Shown: one piece after another, positions 48,780 through 61,568 of the stretch
How the letters are laid out: each line of letters begins with the position of its first letter
Position numbering within the stretch: the stretch's first letter is position 1
Translations under genes and position numbers: made by a program
Source: Lama glama
Taxonomy: Eukaryota
Assembly: GCA_028534125.1 (NCBI GenBank)
Contig: CM052816.1
Span: 27,158,001 to 27,222,000, forward strand
Direction: 5' to 3'
DNA length: 64,000 bases
Notes under the pieces: generated by a model
Database searches by the model: none
Seen by the model: the letters and a program-made list of their open reading frames with translations, nothing else
Told to the model about the DNA's origin: nothing

Positions 48780-49530
48780 TAGAAACTGAAAGCCAGTACA
48801 AGATAGGATATGAGTAGTTGGTCAAAATGAGGCTGCTGTGAAGTTTTCTGGAACCAGAGCCCTTGCCCCTACCTTGGAAGATAGCAGTGATGTTGATGAG
48901 AATGTGTAGCCCTTCAAGAAAGGTAGAATTCTGTGGGATCCCTGCTTCCATGTGATCTGGTCCCTTGGTAGAATGAATCACCATGGCATAGACTGTCACA
49001 GTCACAACTTGTGGGTCAACAACCACCATGTTGTTAAGTACAACAATTGCCATTGCCCCCTGTCTGGAAACCCTTGTCTACTGTCAACCAAACCAACCTA
49101 TGGCCATCTCCGACCTCCATAGCAACACGCTGATCCTCTAATCCTGGGGGCCATCCCTCCAGGTTTATGACTCTGACCACATCCGCAACCAGGTTCTCTG
49201 ATCCAATTCTGGTCAGGAGGTTCTCTGCAATGACCTCTGCCTGCTGAACCACATTGAGGGGGTTTGTTAGTGTTGCATGCACCTGGCCATTCCTTATGCC
49301 TGGGGTGGCATATTCAGAGTCCACCAAGATCAGAGAGGTAACACAAAGGATTGTAGAGACACAGGCAAACCAGAGGGCACAGGCTCCTTCTATAGAACGC
49401 AGCCACCACTCGGCTCCGGCCACATGGGAATGTGGACTGAGCACTGCCAGATCCTTCTGATTTCTCAAGAGAAATTGGAACACTGGATTTATACAGGAAA
49501 TTTGCCAAGTTTGGAAATGTTAACAGCAAA
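48780..49530 (+). pseudogene. Decayed coding-like segment of unknown parent (candidate processed pseudogene or endogenised ORF)
   Basis: The + strand has C/G-ending codon runs with in-frame stops at 48907, 49139, 49199 and 49268 and at least one frameshift (~49055). Long codon-aligned antisense ORFs overlap it. Confidence 0.5.
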
Positions 49531-50494
49531 TTTAAAACTTTAAAAAACCGCAAGTCAAACAGAAGAACACACACATAAAACTTGTACTGTTGTCATTCTA
49601 CAAGTGGGCTGGATGGAATCTGCCTTAGGCTGATGATCCCAGTCTCAACAGATATAAACAGAAAGTGCCAAGAGACTGTAGAGATGAGTGATTTTGATGT
49701 GAGCTAGAAGAATCCTAGGAGATCAGAAGAACCAGGATAATTTTGTTGCTTTATATCAAAGACATGATCTCTGGTGCTCTGTTTATTAGTCACTTTTCCC
49801 ATTCTTAAATTGAGGATTTTTTGAAAATTATGGACTATGTGTAATTTTGAAAATATTCTGTTAATATAGTGCTCTATTAAGTCTCTATGTCCCTAGAAAG
49901 CTGTTCCTGGCAGTTCATGTATGTTACTTTATGATGTAATAGCCTGGGATAGAGGTAAATAAACCCCTGAGGAAAAACAAAATTTTTAAAACTCAGGGAT
50001 TTTAGCATGCATGGATTTAAAAAATTAAATAGAGTGACTTCTGCTAAAAGAACACTTACTCTCTTAAGACTTATCTGTAGCTAATGTTACCTTAAGGAAC
50101 TGGAAATGCCTCATTTTTACCAAGAGCTTGTACATGAAATAAGATTACACTGACATTCCAGAGATAGTTATGAAATGTTCTCTTTTATACAACAGTGAAT
50201 TGACACTTCTGTAATAACATGTCTTTTTTTTTGCATAAATTGGGGAGAAAACTGCTTCTAAAATTTTTTTCCTCTGCTTTTAAATTTTTTAAAAGGGTCA
50301 TAATTACATATTAAAGGGACTTATTTTTCTTGGTCCATTTAAAATTTTGTCTCATTAAAAAAATTAAGTTAATTTATATACAGTAAAACTCACTCAGTTT
50401 TGTGTACAAAGCTCTGAGTTACCTCTGGTGCCACTTTGACATAGGAAGTCAAATATAAACATTCTCAAACTCGATGTATTGTTTAAAGTAATTC

Positions 50495-50660
50495 TTTTAC
50501 TCACTCAACCATTTGGCTCTAAAATGCACCAGGCAGTGAGAACACAAAGAAGCACAAACGTGGCTCTGACCTTCAAGGAGCTTTCTGCTTTTAGATGAGC
50601 CAGACATCTCAGTGACAATGCAGTAAATGAAATAAACTGCTGTGAAGGATATCTGTACAG
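50495..50660 (-). mobile_element. L2 3' fragment
   Basis: actcactcaaccattt...gcaccaggcagtg...ctgaccttcaaggagct. Confidence 0.5.
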
Positions 50661-51495
50661 ATAGCACCCCATTTAGTCATTTAATAGAATCTGATCTACC
50701 CATTAGTACCAGGCCCATGGCTAACCGTACGGAATGCAACTGTGGGCAAGAGAGCCCCAAGGAAGCTTTGAGGCCACCAGGGAAAGACTGGATACAGCTG
50801 GAAGGGAGGAGCTTGGAGCCCAAACAGAGCTACAGCTCACACTAGGAGCAGAGGGGAAGGTGTGCTGGGGCAGGCATAAAGGCTCTGAGTGAATTCCCTG
50901 TGCAATTCTTCTGGCACAGCCCAGGTCTGGAGGGGTGTCAAGGAAATTTTGACTGAGAGGTATAGATGCTGCCTAGTAGATTGATTTATGACTAGTTAGT
51001 GAGGAGAAAATACATGAGAGATCATTTCCACTAAACTACAATCCAAGAAAGCTTCTGTTTATCATGTGCCAATCAGACATAGAAAAATGGCTGTCTTGCT
51101 GACATGCAGCCCACGCTCCATGCACTGGCAGAGCCAGGAAAGCCATTTATTAGGGGGAGGACAGAGAACAGGCTGCGTGTCTGGTACCAGCCACCCTGCC
51201 CAGCCCCCTGCTGGCCCAGCTCCAGGAGCTGACAGCTGGAGGCTGGGCCCTTGATGGAATAGACACTGGTTGGGCTCACTCCCAGCCAGACAAGGGGCAC
51301 TGAGATAAAGGCCTAATGGGCTGCCTCGGTTACTCCAACAATCTCAAGGCAGACAGACGACAATCAGAAAGCAGCTGGAGTTAAAGTTCCCTGGACTGGA
51401 ATGCCTGGTTTTGTCCAGAGTCACTGGCAGGATTTTGGGTATCTCCCACCATGCTGGGCAGTGTTCATCAGCTGACAAAGGGGACAGTTACTTTA

Positions 51496-51618
51496 TTTTA
51501 TTTATTTTTTATTGAAGTATAGTCAGTTTACAATGTTGTGCCAATTTATTTTTTATTTTTTTAATTTTATTTTCTAAAGTTTACTTTTTATTTTTAATTC
51601 ATTAATTAAAAAACTTTT
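51496..51618 (-). mobile_element. Very short L1 3'-terminal insertion with a perfect 18-bp TSD
   Basis: TSD aaggggacagttacttta at 51478-51495 and 51619-51636. The insert contains ttttattgaagtatagtcagtttacaatgttgtg. Confidence 0.9.
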
Positions 51619-51869
51619 AAGGGGACAGTTACTTTAAATGATGGAAAGTTTACTGGTCTGAATTCTGTTGTCTGCTCGCTCCCCATCTCTCCATTCCAAA
51701 TGAATGGAAATCTCCACCTCAAGCCAATGACTTGCCTGCATCCTCTTTGATCCCCAGCCATACCTTCGCCATCACATCTGTTTCCCTCTATATCTAGATG
51801 CTGGATGCTTTGTAAAGCACCAAGTCACCCTGAGACTCAGACAGACGGGGAGGTGGGAGATTGGAGGGT

Positions 51870-52077
51870 GGGGATACTCAGCCTCAGCACTATGGGCATT
51901 TGGGCTGGGTAATTCTGAGTGGAGGGAGCTGTCCTGTGCATTGTAGAGGTTTAGCAGCAGCCGTAATCTCTACTCACTAAGTGGCAACAGTACTCCCTAT
52001 TTATAGCAACCAAAAATGACTCCAGACATTGTCAAACGTTTCCAAGGGGGCAAACTGTCCCTCATTGAGAAACACTA
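51870..52077 (-). mobile_element. MER20 hAT-Charlie element
   Basis: gctgtcctgtgcattgtag...caaccaaaaatgactccagacattgtcaaa...ttgagaaacact. Confidence 0.85.
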
Positions 52078-53367
52078 ATATACACCTGGGTTCTAATCCT
52101 GGTTCTGCCACATACTAAGCACTTGGCCTCTCTGAGTCTCAATATCCTTGTCCATAAACTATTTTCTACAGTTTTTATAATAGTTGGAAAACTATAATTT
52201 GATTAATTCCTGGCATATGGAATATCTTCAAAAGGCAGCTCTTAATACCATTTCAGTACTCTGTGACTTTTTCCAGGTAATTTTTTTTTTGGTAATTCCA
52301 CATTTCTGGTGACCAAACAGTTCAAGAAGAACTGTGGAACTGACAGGAATTTCCTTGGCTCTGTCCCTGGTCATGTAAAGAAGCTTGGCTTTGATTGCAT
52401 CACCTAAAAGTATGGTTTGGGGTCTCTTTCTGGGAAAGCTGCTGTTTTCAACATTACTGTAGAATGGGGTCAGCAGCCCTGTGAGCATAAAGAGACCTCG
52501 ATCTTGTTACTGTCGGCTCTGGGATTTGAACCACCTCCTTCACTTCCCATTATGAGCATGTAAGTCACTGATGGTTTCTGAAGCCAAGATTTGAATCCCC
52601 AGCCTTTGGGATTCAGGGCTTAGGATAGACACAAACCGATTAAGCAGTAGAGTTTTTAAATGGTTTGTGAAGAGGGAAACATTTCATGGAATAAGTTACA
52701 ATTTTGAGAAAATGGCCTTTCAGGGTTGCTGATCAGGGTTAAAGAATGTCCCCCCTCTCCGTCTAGCACCCCATCCCATGTTCCCTTCTCTTTCTCTCAT
52801 TCTGAGAATTTGAACATTTTTATAACATTACATTGAAAAGCATCCTCCAGGATATTAATGTTCTTCTCCTGGATGATTTATAAGAAAAGGGAAGTAGAAG
52901 AGGCACAGAAAGAGGAGACATCTTTTGGGGGTTATCAAAAATATGAGGTAACATGTGATTCACTCTCCTCCCTCCTCTCTCTCCCCACCCCTGTCCCTCT
53001 TTCCTTTCTATAAAAACCCTTCTGTTTGCTCTACAGCCTACCATATATAATGATCCTTACAGACCTAGGACATAATAATTGAACTGAATAAGCACAGCAA
53101 AACTGTTCCGTTACACTTCAGTGAACCACACATCAAACAGAAGTGTACACTTTCATCATACACAGATTTTGGTCAAAGTTTTATTCCTTTGGAAAAATAT
53201 GGCACCCAGGACCCAAAGAAGAATAAGGCAATCTGGGTACTAAAGAAGTAGAAAAACGAATTGGGAGAAAATAGATAATAGAGTGGCTGTGAAGATTAAA
53301 TTAGAAAATTGACTGAAAAGAGATCAGAACACTGCTCATAGAGTGAGTGATTAATACAAGTCAGGAG

Positions 53368-53443
53368 AGGGAGAAGAGGAAGCAGAAGGGAGGAAGGAAG
53401 GAGGGAAAAGGAAGGAAAGAAGGAAGGAAGGAAGGAAGGAAGG
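53368..53443. repeat. (GGAA)n-rich purine tract
   Basis: Direct reading. Confidence 0.9.
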
Positions 53444-55249
53444 ACAAATCCTATAAAACAGTACACACTAAATGACAAATGAGGAGCACAGATAATTCTT
53501 TGGGAATTTAGAGAAGATTTCAGGGCCTGGGTTATTCAGAGAAAGTTCCTTGAAGTGAACATGGAGAGACATCATATGTCAGGTAGTGAGTAGAAACAGA
53601 GGTCTCAGTTTGGCCAATAACTTAAATATTTCAAACAGATAAACATTCATCAGGAAACACTCTACTAAACATGAATTCTTTTGAATTGCTAGAATTCTCT
53701 CCTGAGCTCCCTGCAATATCAAGCTAACGTAGGACGATAAAAACCACTGTCTCTTAGTGTCCTAAACCGTGTATGTTTAGAACACAGGCATAAGTTTGCC
53801 TATGCAATGGGAATTCCGTGTCTGACGGGAAGACTAAGGCATGTCCAGGAAAAGGGAACAGCTGTCCTCCCTAAAGGCAACCGGCAAGAGCTGAGACATG
53901 CCCTGACTGACCCGCCCTAGGCTGGTGGCCATGAATTTCTCTCCATGTAGGGTTCTAAGTTCTTTAAGTCACTACCTGCTGTGTAATTCCTTATACGTTC
54001 CGAAACTGACCTCATTTGTACTCTCAGATTCACAATCTGAATCCCTAAATATTCCAGGTGAAGAAAAACATCTCCAAGTCTCTTATTTACCTACTGGCCG
54101 GTACTGTTGCTTTTTGCCCAAATGGGTTTTGTAGGATCAGCTGGGATCAAGTCTTCATTTCCACAGGAAGGATGACGTTCCTAGATCTCAGCATGTTTGA
54201 GAAAATATGACAGCAAGCCTGGACCCAGCAATACGAGGCTCTGTGTGAGGTCAATAATTTGAAATTCCTTCAACTGATACATTCTTTGTGTATTTGTTTG
54301 ACCTTTAGAGGGCTGAGGAGATACTTATTTTTTAATTCATCCAAGTTGTATACTTCATTTTTAGTGCTCAAAATTAAGACTCAATTATATGTGAAGTATG
54401 TAAAACTACTTTTTTTCTTTTCACTTATTTGTGATTGCCTTGGAATTTCCCCTTTGTGGATTAATTCCTTGGGAAGCATGTTATCTGAACTGCAGATAAT
54501 ATAATAATCACTTATGCTCAGCAAACATCTCTCCAGTGCAGTTGTGCTGGGCAGACAGCCCTTTGGGAGCTGTGGTATTTATAGTTCCACTTGAGAAGTT
54601 GTGTACTTGGTGGAAAGCAGGACCGATTTATATGATACCAGTGTTATCTGTGATCTGGAGAGCAACCCGTGTTCATAGGTGCCATGTTTTCAGTGTATTC
54701 TGCCCAGTTGGCCTGTCACTGGTCTCAGCTCTAGGTGACAGACCAGGCACTGCCTCTGCATGTCCCAGTGCGAGTTACTCAGGCTCTTCTCTGGCCATTC
54801 CTTGAAGGCCCACTATTTGGGAGCTGCTCACAAGTAACTGGCCTTCCAGAGGCTTCTTTTTACAGATCTGTAAAAATAAAATTGACTATATCTTTACTAG
54901 AAAAACACATTTTGGAAAATAATAGATAACTCCGTTGTGACCCTATCACTTCTTCCCTGGTCTTAAAAATTACAGTTACATCTCTCAGTTGTGTACTTTT
55001 CCCTTCAAATTGTATTAGTCATTCTACTCATTTCGGACATGACTCATCCTGCTCTCCATCTGCTTCAACTCTGGTGGTCTACTTTATTATGTTTGATCCT
55101 GGGACAATAGGACGTAATAAAGATAGTCTTTGAGTACAGAAACTTAGAGGGACTCTAGGTCACCTTTAAAACCTTCTGAGGAGTATGGAGAGGGCAGGTC
55201 AAGTTATACTGCTGCCCTTGGAAAGTCACTTGAATTGTTCCTACATCCA

Positions 55250-55690
55250 CTTCAAGGCCCTACAACTTGTCTCCTGTTTATCTCTGATCTCTCTTTCTAT
55301 CTCTCTGCCTCATTCATTCTGTATTAGCCACAGGGGGTTTCTTTCTGTTCCTCAAATATGCCAACCTTGTTTCCAACTCAGTAGCTTTTTGGTCTGGAAT
55401 ATTGTTCCCAGATTTCTACCTGGTTCATTTTCTTTCTTCATTTACACATCTATTCAACTATCAGCACCTCAGAGAAGCCTTTCCTAACCACTCTGTCTAA
55501 CCAAGTCACCAGCCTCACCATCATTCTCTATCATCTTAACTTTTTCCTCTTTGATTATCACTGCCTGATATTACAGAATGTATTTATTTACTTTATTGAT
55601 TGTTTTCTCCTCTAGAATATAAGCTCGACTGGCGCAGGATTTTTATCTGTTTTCCCTATTACTGTATCTCTAGTATTTTATCTCTAGAGT
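55250..55690 (+). mobile_element. L2 3' region
   Basis: tagccacaggggg...cctcagagaagcctttcctaaccac...ctagaatataagctc. Confidence 0.8.
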
Positions 55691-56133
55691 CCAAAAGAGG
55701 GAAACTTAGGAATAATTTCAGGAATTAATATAAGGAATATAGTAGCTGGTTACCTAAAGCACTTATAACCCCACAATGAGAAAAATTTACGGCCATCAGC
55801 TTACAGTGGGTAAACAAAGGAGAGTGTGGGATTTCAGAGCAAGTTTCTGGCTCTATCTGATCCCTGGCTTATAACAGGGGCTTAACAATATCTATTCTTT
55901 TAGGAGTTGTCATTACATATATAAACTTGGGCAAAATACTAAATTTCTGACCTGGAAATCCCTAAAGTGTAAAACTGATATCTGACCTCTCAGGTCTTCA
56001 TTACACTAAATGTTCTATAATTTTTAATTTATAAAAGTCTCAGACTATATACAAAGCAAACTCAATGAACATAAATATATTTTTTCTCACTCAAATAATA
56101 TTATTAAAGTAATTCTTATTTTTAAAGTGCAGT

Positions 56134-56430
56134 ACTTGTCTATTGGTGACTCACATTTCACTTAGCATAATATACTGAAGGTTCATCCATGTTGTATCAT
56201 GTACAGGATTTTCTTTTCACTGAATAATATTCCATGGTATGTATACACACATTTTGTTTATTCATTCATCCATCAGTGGACACCTGGGTTGCTTCTACCT
56301 CTTGGCTACTGTAAATAATGCTGCTGTGCTCACTGGTATACAAATATCTCTTCAAGGTTCTGTCACACTTAAAAACGGCTGTAATAAATTTTGTGTTATG
56401 TGTTTTTTTACCACGATTTAAAATGAAAAA
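56134..56430 (+). mobile_element. L1MB-type fragment with 5' inversion (minus ~56134-56360, plus ~56365-56430)
   Basis: Antisense tttcacttagcataa...catccatcagtggacac...caaatatctcttcaag, followed by the sense terminus cacttaaaaacggc...ttttgtgttatgtgttttttaccac. Confidence 0.7.
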
Positions 56431-58454
56431 TACATATAGTCCCCATTAAAATTTATTTTTGTGTATGTTTTGTTCAAACAATATCTATTTTTGCATAAAT
56501 GATTAAATGCCTCATATTAAGAGTTGGGACCAGACAATTTCCAATGTCTTCTCTAGTTCTAAAATTCTATGAGCCTTTAAAATCTTAGAAGTGTCATCTA
56601 TTTAGTAAAATAAGATGTCGTTGGGATTCCTGTGAGACTCTAGACGAGGGAAATTCCATCAATATCATATTGACAAAAGGGGATGTTTAGGAAAGGGATA
56701 AGCTTGTGTCTGTTTTTTTCTTTCCTGCTGGAGAGAGTCAGGAAGACACAAAAAAGAATGAGCATTTTAATAGTGGAAACCGGGCTAAATCATAGAAGGT
56801 ATGCTCTATACTTTTCAAAGTGCCCTTGTTGGCAAACAGGTAGACAGGTCTGAGAGTTAACAGCTGTCACCGCAGCCCCAGGCAGAGCTGTAGAGAAGGT
56901 CAGGCTTATGTTCTGCATTCCAGCCCACCTCCTTCTTTCTGAGCCGCTCTTCACCCATTTGTTGCACTCTACCTATTGAATTCCCTAGTCCTGCCGTTTG
57001 CCTTCGAAATCTTTCCCCTCCCTGACTGCTCTACTGCTCTGCACAGAGATTTATCTTGCTTCTTTCTGACCCAGCTAGAGTTCCAATCCCCCGATTTCCA
57101 TGGGTGCCCACTGATTAAAAACATTTCTATTAGAGGGTCGATGGGACCTAAAGAAAATTTGCAGTTTGAAAAAATGGTCTGTCCAATGTCTTACCTGGTC
57201 TTCTGAAATTCATGGAATTAGGAATGCAATCTCACACACACCCTATTCCCCTGTAAAGTTACCCTGCTAGCTGGGAGGCGGCAAACCAAGGCTGGTCTTG
57301 GTAGAAATCCTAAGTGGGCAATCATGGCTGTTGACATGCTAAGAGCCTCATATAGATCCTGATATTCATGGGTTTGGAGGCACAATCTTTGACACTTTTC
57401 TAATCAAACCAAAGTAGCACACAGTGGTTTTCAGACAAAGGTATTTCCTAACCATAACAATTTTTATGGTCTTATGGAACAAGCTACAGAAAAATGCACC
57501 CTGTGATTTAACAAAATAATTACATAGGAAGAATCCCTCAGAAGTCACCTTCAAGCAGCCATGACCCTCATTCTCCGTTGCCACTAAAGGATTTTATCCC
57601 TAATCCTGAACCACAGGGGGAAGTCTGAGCTCTCAGTGCCCTGACAAGCGGTGATGACGAGTAGGGGGGATTTCTGCAACTATGTGACCTTTCCTGGAGT
57701 TTTGGGATGACTGAGGAGAGAGGGCCTAGAAAACACCTGGGCTGTTAATTTGTCTCAGGCCCTCATCATTTGGTGCGTAAATGATAAAAGTGGCATCATT
57801 TGTCCCTCAAGATGCTTACATTTGAAAAAGGCAGTTATTTCAAAAATGGGGCCAGTGTCCAGTGGCAGCCCTTGACGTGAGGGAGAACAGAGTTTCAGCA
57901 AAGAGCCTTGTGGCAGTGACTCAAAATCTAGTACAGCTGGGGTGTGAGCAGTGAACGTAAGACAGAGCATTGCAGCATCTGCCTTGGATTTAAAGTGAGA
58001 ATCAAGAATATCTGCAGTTTTTCTAAGGAAATATGTCCACTATATTTTTCAATTCCTCCTTCATCGAAGGTTAAGCTTATGCTGAGCTATATACATTCCA
58101 CCCTGTCCATATGAAAAATAGAAGTTTTTAAGGAAGACAACAAAAATGATTTCATTAAAAAATAATAAAGTAGACCTAAGATCAGAATTCCTAAGGAAAA
58201 GGTCTAGAAGTCTGCATTTTTTATGAACACCCCACGTGACTGCAATGCACAGCCAGATCTAGGATTCCTTCCTGTAAGCACCTCTTCTAGTGGTGCAGAC
58301 AAGGGCTGGGGGATGTGTGTGCTGATTCCTAGAATCATAGGAAATATGACCTCTAGAAAGTAGGGAAAGGCTCTGCATAGACTGCAACTGGGCGTTACAG
58401 TACACAAGAGGTCTTGCATAGCTGTGGGGTGGGAGTGGGACCACCTGTAGAAAA

Positions 58455-59020
58455 TGTTTTTCTAAAACCAACTTTATTGAGTTGATTTTATTTATTGAGG
58501 TGTAATTTCCTTGGAATGAAATGCATAAATTTTACTATACAGTTTGATGAGTTTTGAAAAAATACATTCATCTGTGTAACAACCACCCTAATCACACTAC
58601 AGAACATTTCCTACACATGTAAAATTTCCTTCATGATACTATGCAGTCTGTCCTCTTACCACCTGGATCCACACTCCAGGCAACCACTATTGTTGTTTGC
58701 ATCAGTTGTTTAGATTAGCTTTGTCTGGTCCTGTTGAAAGACATGTGGGACTTTTCCGGTTTTGTGCTGCTATGAATAAGTTTCTATAAATATTTATATG
58801 CTTTGTTAAGCTTTTTGTGGATACATGTTTTTACTTCTCTTGAGTACATATCTAACAGTGGAACTGCTGGATCATGCAGTTGGTACGTGTATAACATTAT
58901 AAGAAACTGCCAATTTTCTATGCATTTTTGCATTTCTATCAGCAGTGTAAGAGAGTTTCAAATGCTCAGCATCCTTGACAACACTTGGTATTGTCAAGTC
59001 TTTTTAATTTCAGCCTTTCT
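58455..59020 (-). mobile_element. L1MC/ME-type 3' region
   Basis: actttattgag...tatacagtttgatgagttttga; ccaggcaaccacta; ggaactgctggatca; caacacttggtattgtca. Confidence 0.8.
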
Positions 59021-61462
59021 ATCATATAAAACTTATTAAACCAAACTTCTGTTATTGGAGAACTTTGTTGTGATAAATATCCTCACATATTAATCTCTGT
59101 GCAACTAGAATTTTTTTCTTTGTACAATTTTCCATAAAAGGAATTGTTGGGTAAGGGTGTCCTCTTTCAAGGCAGTTTCTTGTTTTCATAATGACTTCTT
59201 CTTGGGCTTAAATCTAGCTTTTACATGATTGAATTAATTTATTTGGCAAAACTGCCATTTGTTTGATTTCCTCTTTTTTGTCTGTTGGTGGATAGTTTTT
59301 GCAGAAAATCCTAATAAATATTCATACTGAATCAGGTAAAGACACCAAATTTCTTGGCATATTTGTTACCTCTTGGTTATTTTTTTTCCAGAGTTGATGT
59401 GGTCTGTAGGCTGCATCAGCCCATATGCATGGCTATTTGGTGTTCATAATGATGAAAAATATTAAACTGCCAACATCTAAAATTTGGGGGGGTATCACAT
59501 ACAGCCTGTGGATTTTCAGGCTCTCTTGAAAAACAGGGACTCTGGGGACACTGGGCCAGCATACCTGAATGATATGAATTAGTGGGAAGGGAATAATTAC
59601 TTTAGTCAGAGCATGCTCTTTCCATTTTGTCATAGTTCTCACTCAGCCACAGTCATTATACGAGTCAAACTATGTCCTAATCAAGTGACACTGGCTTTGA
59701 TTAAAACATAGCTTGACTTTTGTTCACAACTCCTGATTTCGTAGGATAGAACCTATCAGAAAACTAAGGCTAGCCACGTAAGGTAGACTTCAATTTACTA
59801 TTCCAAACCATCATCACGTGGCCGCCACATGCAGGTATGAAAATTTCCCAGTGTCCATGACTGATACTCTGTCTCTTGCTTCCCTCTCCTAGACCTCCAT
59901 TTGGTAACCTATCAGTTTATACTTCCAAAAGGAGACTTCACTCTTCTGAGATACAGAACAGAGATCCTCTCTAGACTTTAATAAACATAAGCTTTTCTAG
60001 GTTTTTCTAGTTTCCCTAGGCCTATGTGAACAGAATGCATCTACATGTCTCTCAGCTATTTCAGGTGTCAGTTTTAAGGGTATATGGAAGATATGACTCT
60101 CACTTGTCACCAGTATTTAATTCACAATACAATTATGTTGGGATCAAATAATTAATGGGGGATGTTCCTGTCTATTTCCCTACTCAGCCAAGGAGAATCC
60201 TCTAATTACCAGATCAATTTCCAGATTCTTTTCTTCCTACAAATAGGGATTCTTTTTTCCTGCTAGGAGGGAGGGAGGGTCAATCTACATAATAAAGTGA
60301 TGTAGAAAAGACAGGGTGAGAAGTCAGAGAAAGTAACATGATGGGAAGTTATGTGAACTGAAGATGATGAGAAGAACTGTGAACTGAAATGCTCTAGATT
60401 GGCAGCAAGTGTGAGGCAGGGGGGTAGAGGGCGAAAGGGGTTTTAATAAATAGTGTATGGTCATTGAATTTGGATACCCTTTACGGTTTTTAAGAAACAT
60501 AAGGGTTTGAGTTATTTTGAAATTACTTTTGGCTATGGGAATCTGTGTCTTGACTGCAACCTTGGTCTGAGACCAAACTGTGTCTGTCCCAGGTTTGTAA
60601 AGGTTACACAGGCTTATGAATAGGTTTTCCTTGTTCAGATCCTTCTCAAATTGTGCTATGATTGTATTAATTTGCTGTCCATGAGAATGGTGAGTACTGG
60701 ACACCTGTTTAAACAAATTTAAAATTGTTCCTTCTGGCCAATAGTTTTGTTGTATACTCTCTTTAAAAAAAAAAATCCAAGACCAAGACAATTGAGACAT
60801 ACATTTCTGTTCTCCTTTTCTGTTTATATTTCTCATTCTATGGTTTTTCTGAGGTAGGGAGTCCACATGAAAGGTCATAATGCTTCTGGCTCTAGGGTTT
60901 AATTTCTTAAACACATCCCAGGTCAACTGGAGTGCTAGAGCTTATTACTTTTAAAAAATCAAACCCCTGCCAAGTGAAAGGAGAGAAGGGCATGTTTAGA
61001 TGAAAGTGCTTGATGTTCAAATTCTGCAGTTTGTTGACATTTTATTGCTCAATGCAATTTTTCCTACCCTTCAGGGCATTTTGCTTAATGGTTTCACAAG
61101 AACAGTACAATGAGGCTTCAAAGCAAGCACTAGGTTTTAGCAACAATGCTCTTACTCTAGTTTATATGAGTCACATGTCCAAAACTTTGTATAAATCTGA
61201 AGTTTTTCCCATAAACACTCATGCCCAGAAAATATGGTAAGCCATGTTAACGAGCCATATTAGATATCACACACTAAATGGAAACAAACCAGATAATTCA
61301 AATGTAATAACAGATTCTTGCAGAAGCTAGGGGAAAGATAGGTGTACTTAAATTACATTTTAAATGTACTATACTGAATTCATTACAGGATATCTGTAAC
61401 CGGTGGTCTGATAGTGCTGGCTATTGGATATGAACTTGTCATTAAGAACTGGCTGTGTTGTG

Positions 61463-61568
61463 AAGAATATGAAAATGAATATATGTATGTATATGTATGA
61501 CTGAAGTATTATGCTGTACACCAGAAACTGATATACTGTAAACTGACTATACTTCATTAAAAAAAAAT
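61463..61568 (+). mobile_element. Short young L1 3' end
   Basis: aagaatatgaaaatg...ctgactatacttca plus poly-A. TSD tggct(g/a)tgttg. Confidence 0.88.

Noticed and set aside
48960..49060. RMNHH...WVNN resemblance to DHHC palmitoyltransferases
   Set aside because: The spacing is wrong, there is no DHHC tetrapeptide, and there are no flanking transmembrane segments.
48763..49483. Minus-strand ORFs of 96 and 149 aa as real proteins (faint GAPDH-like TVYAM)
   Set aside because: The V/D/E-rich composition and exact codon alignment fit an antisense shadow of the + strand fossil. No continuous GAPDH motifs are present.
60324..60926. Longest ORF (200 aa, minus strand)
   Set aside because: No recognisable domain, no coding-like codon pattern or convincing splice context, and it runs through a homopolymer. 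It is compatible with chance.
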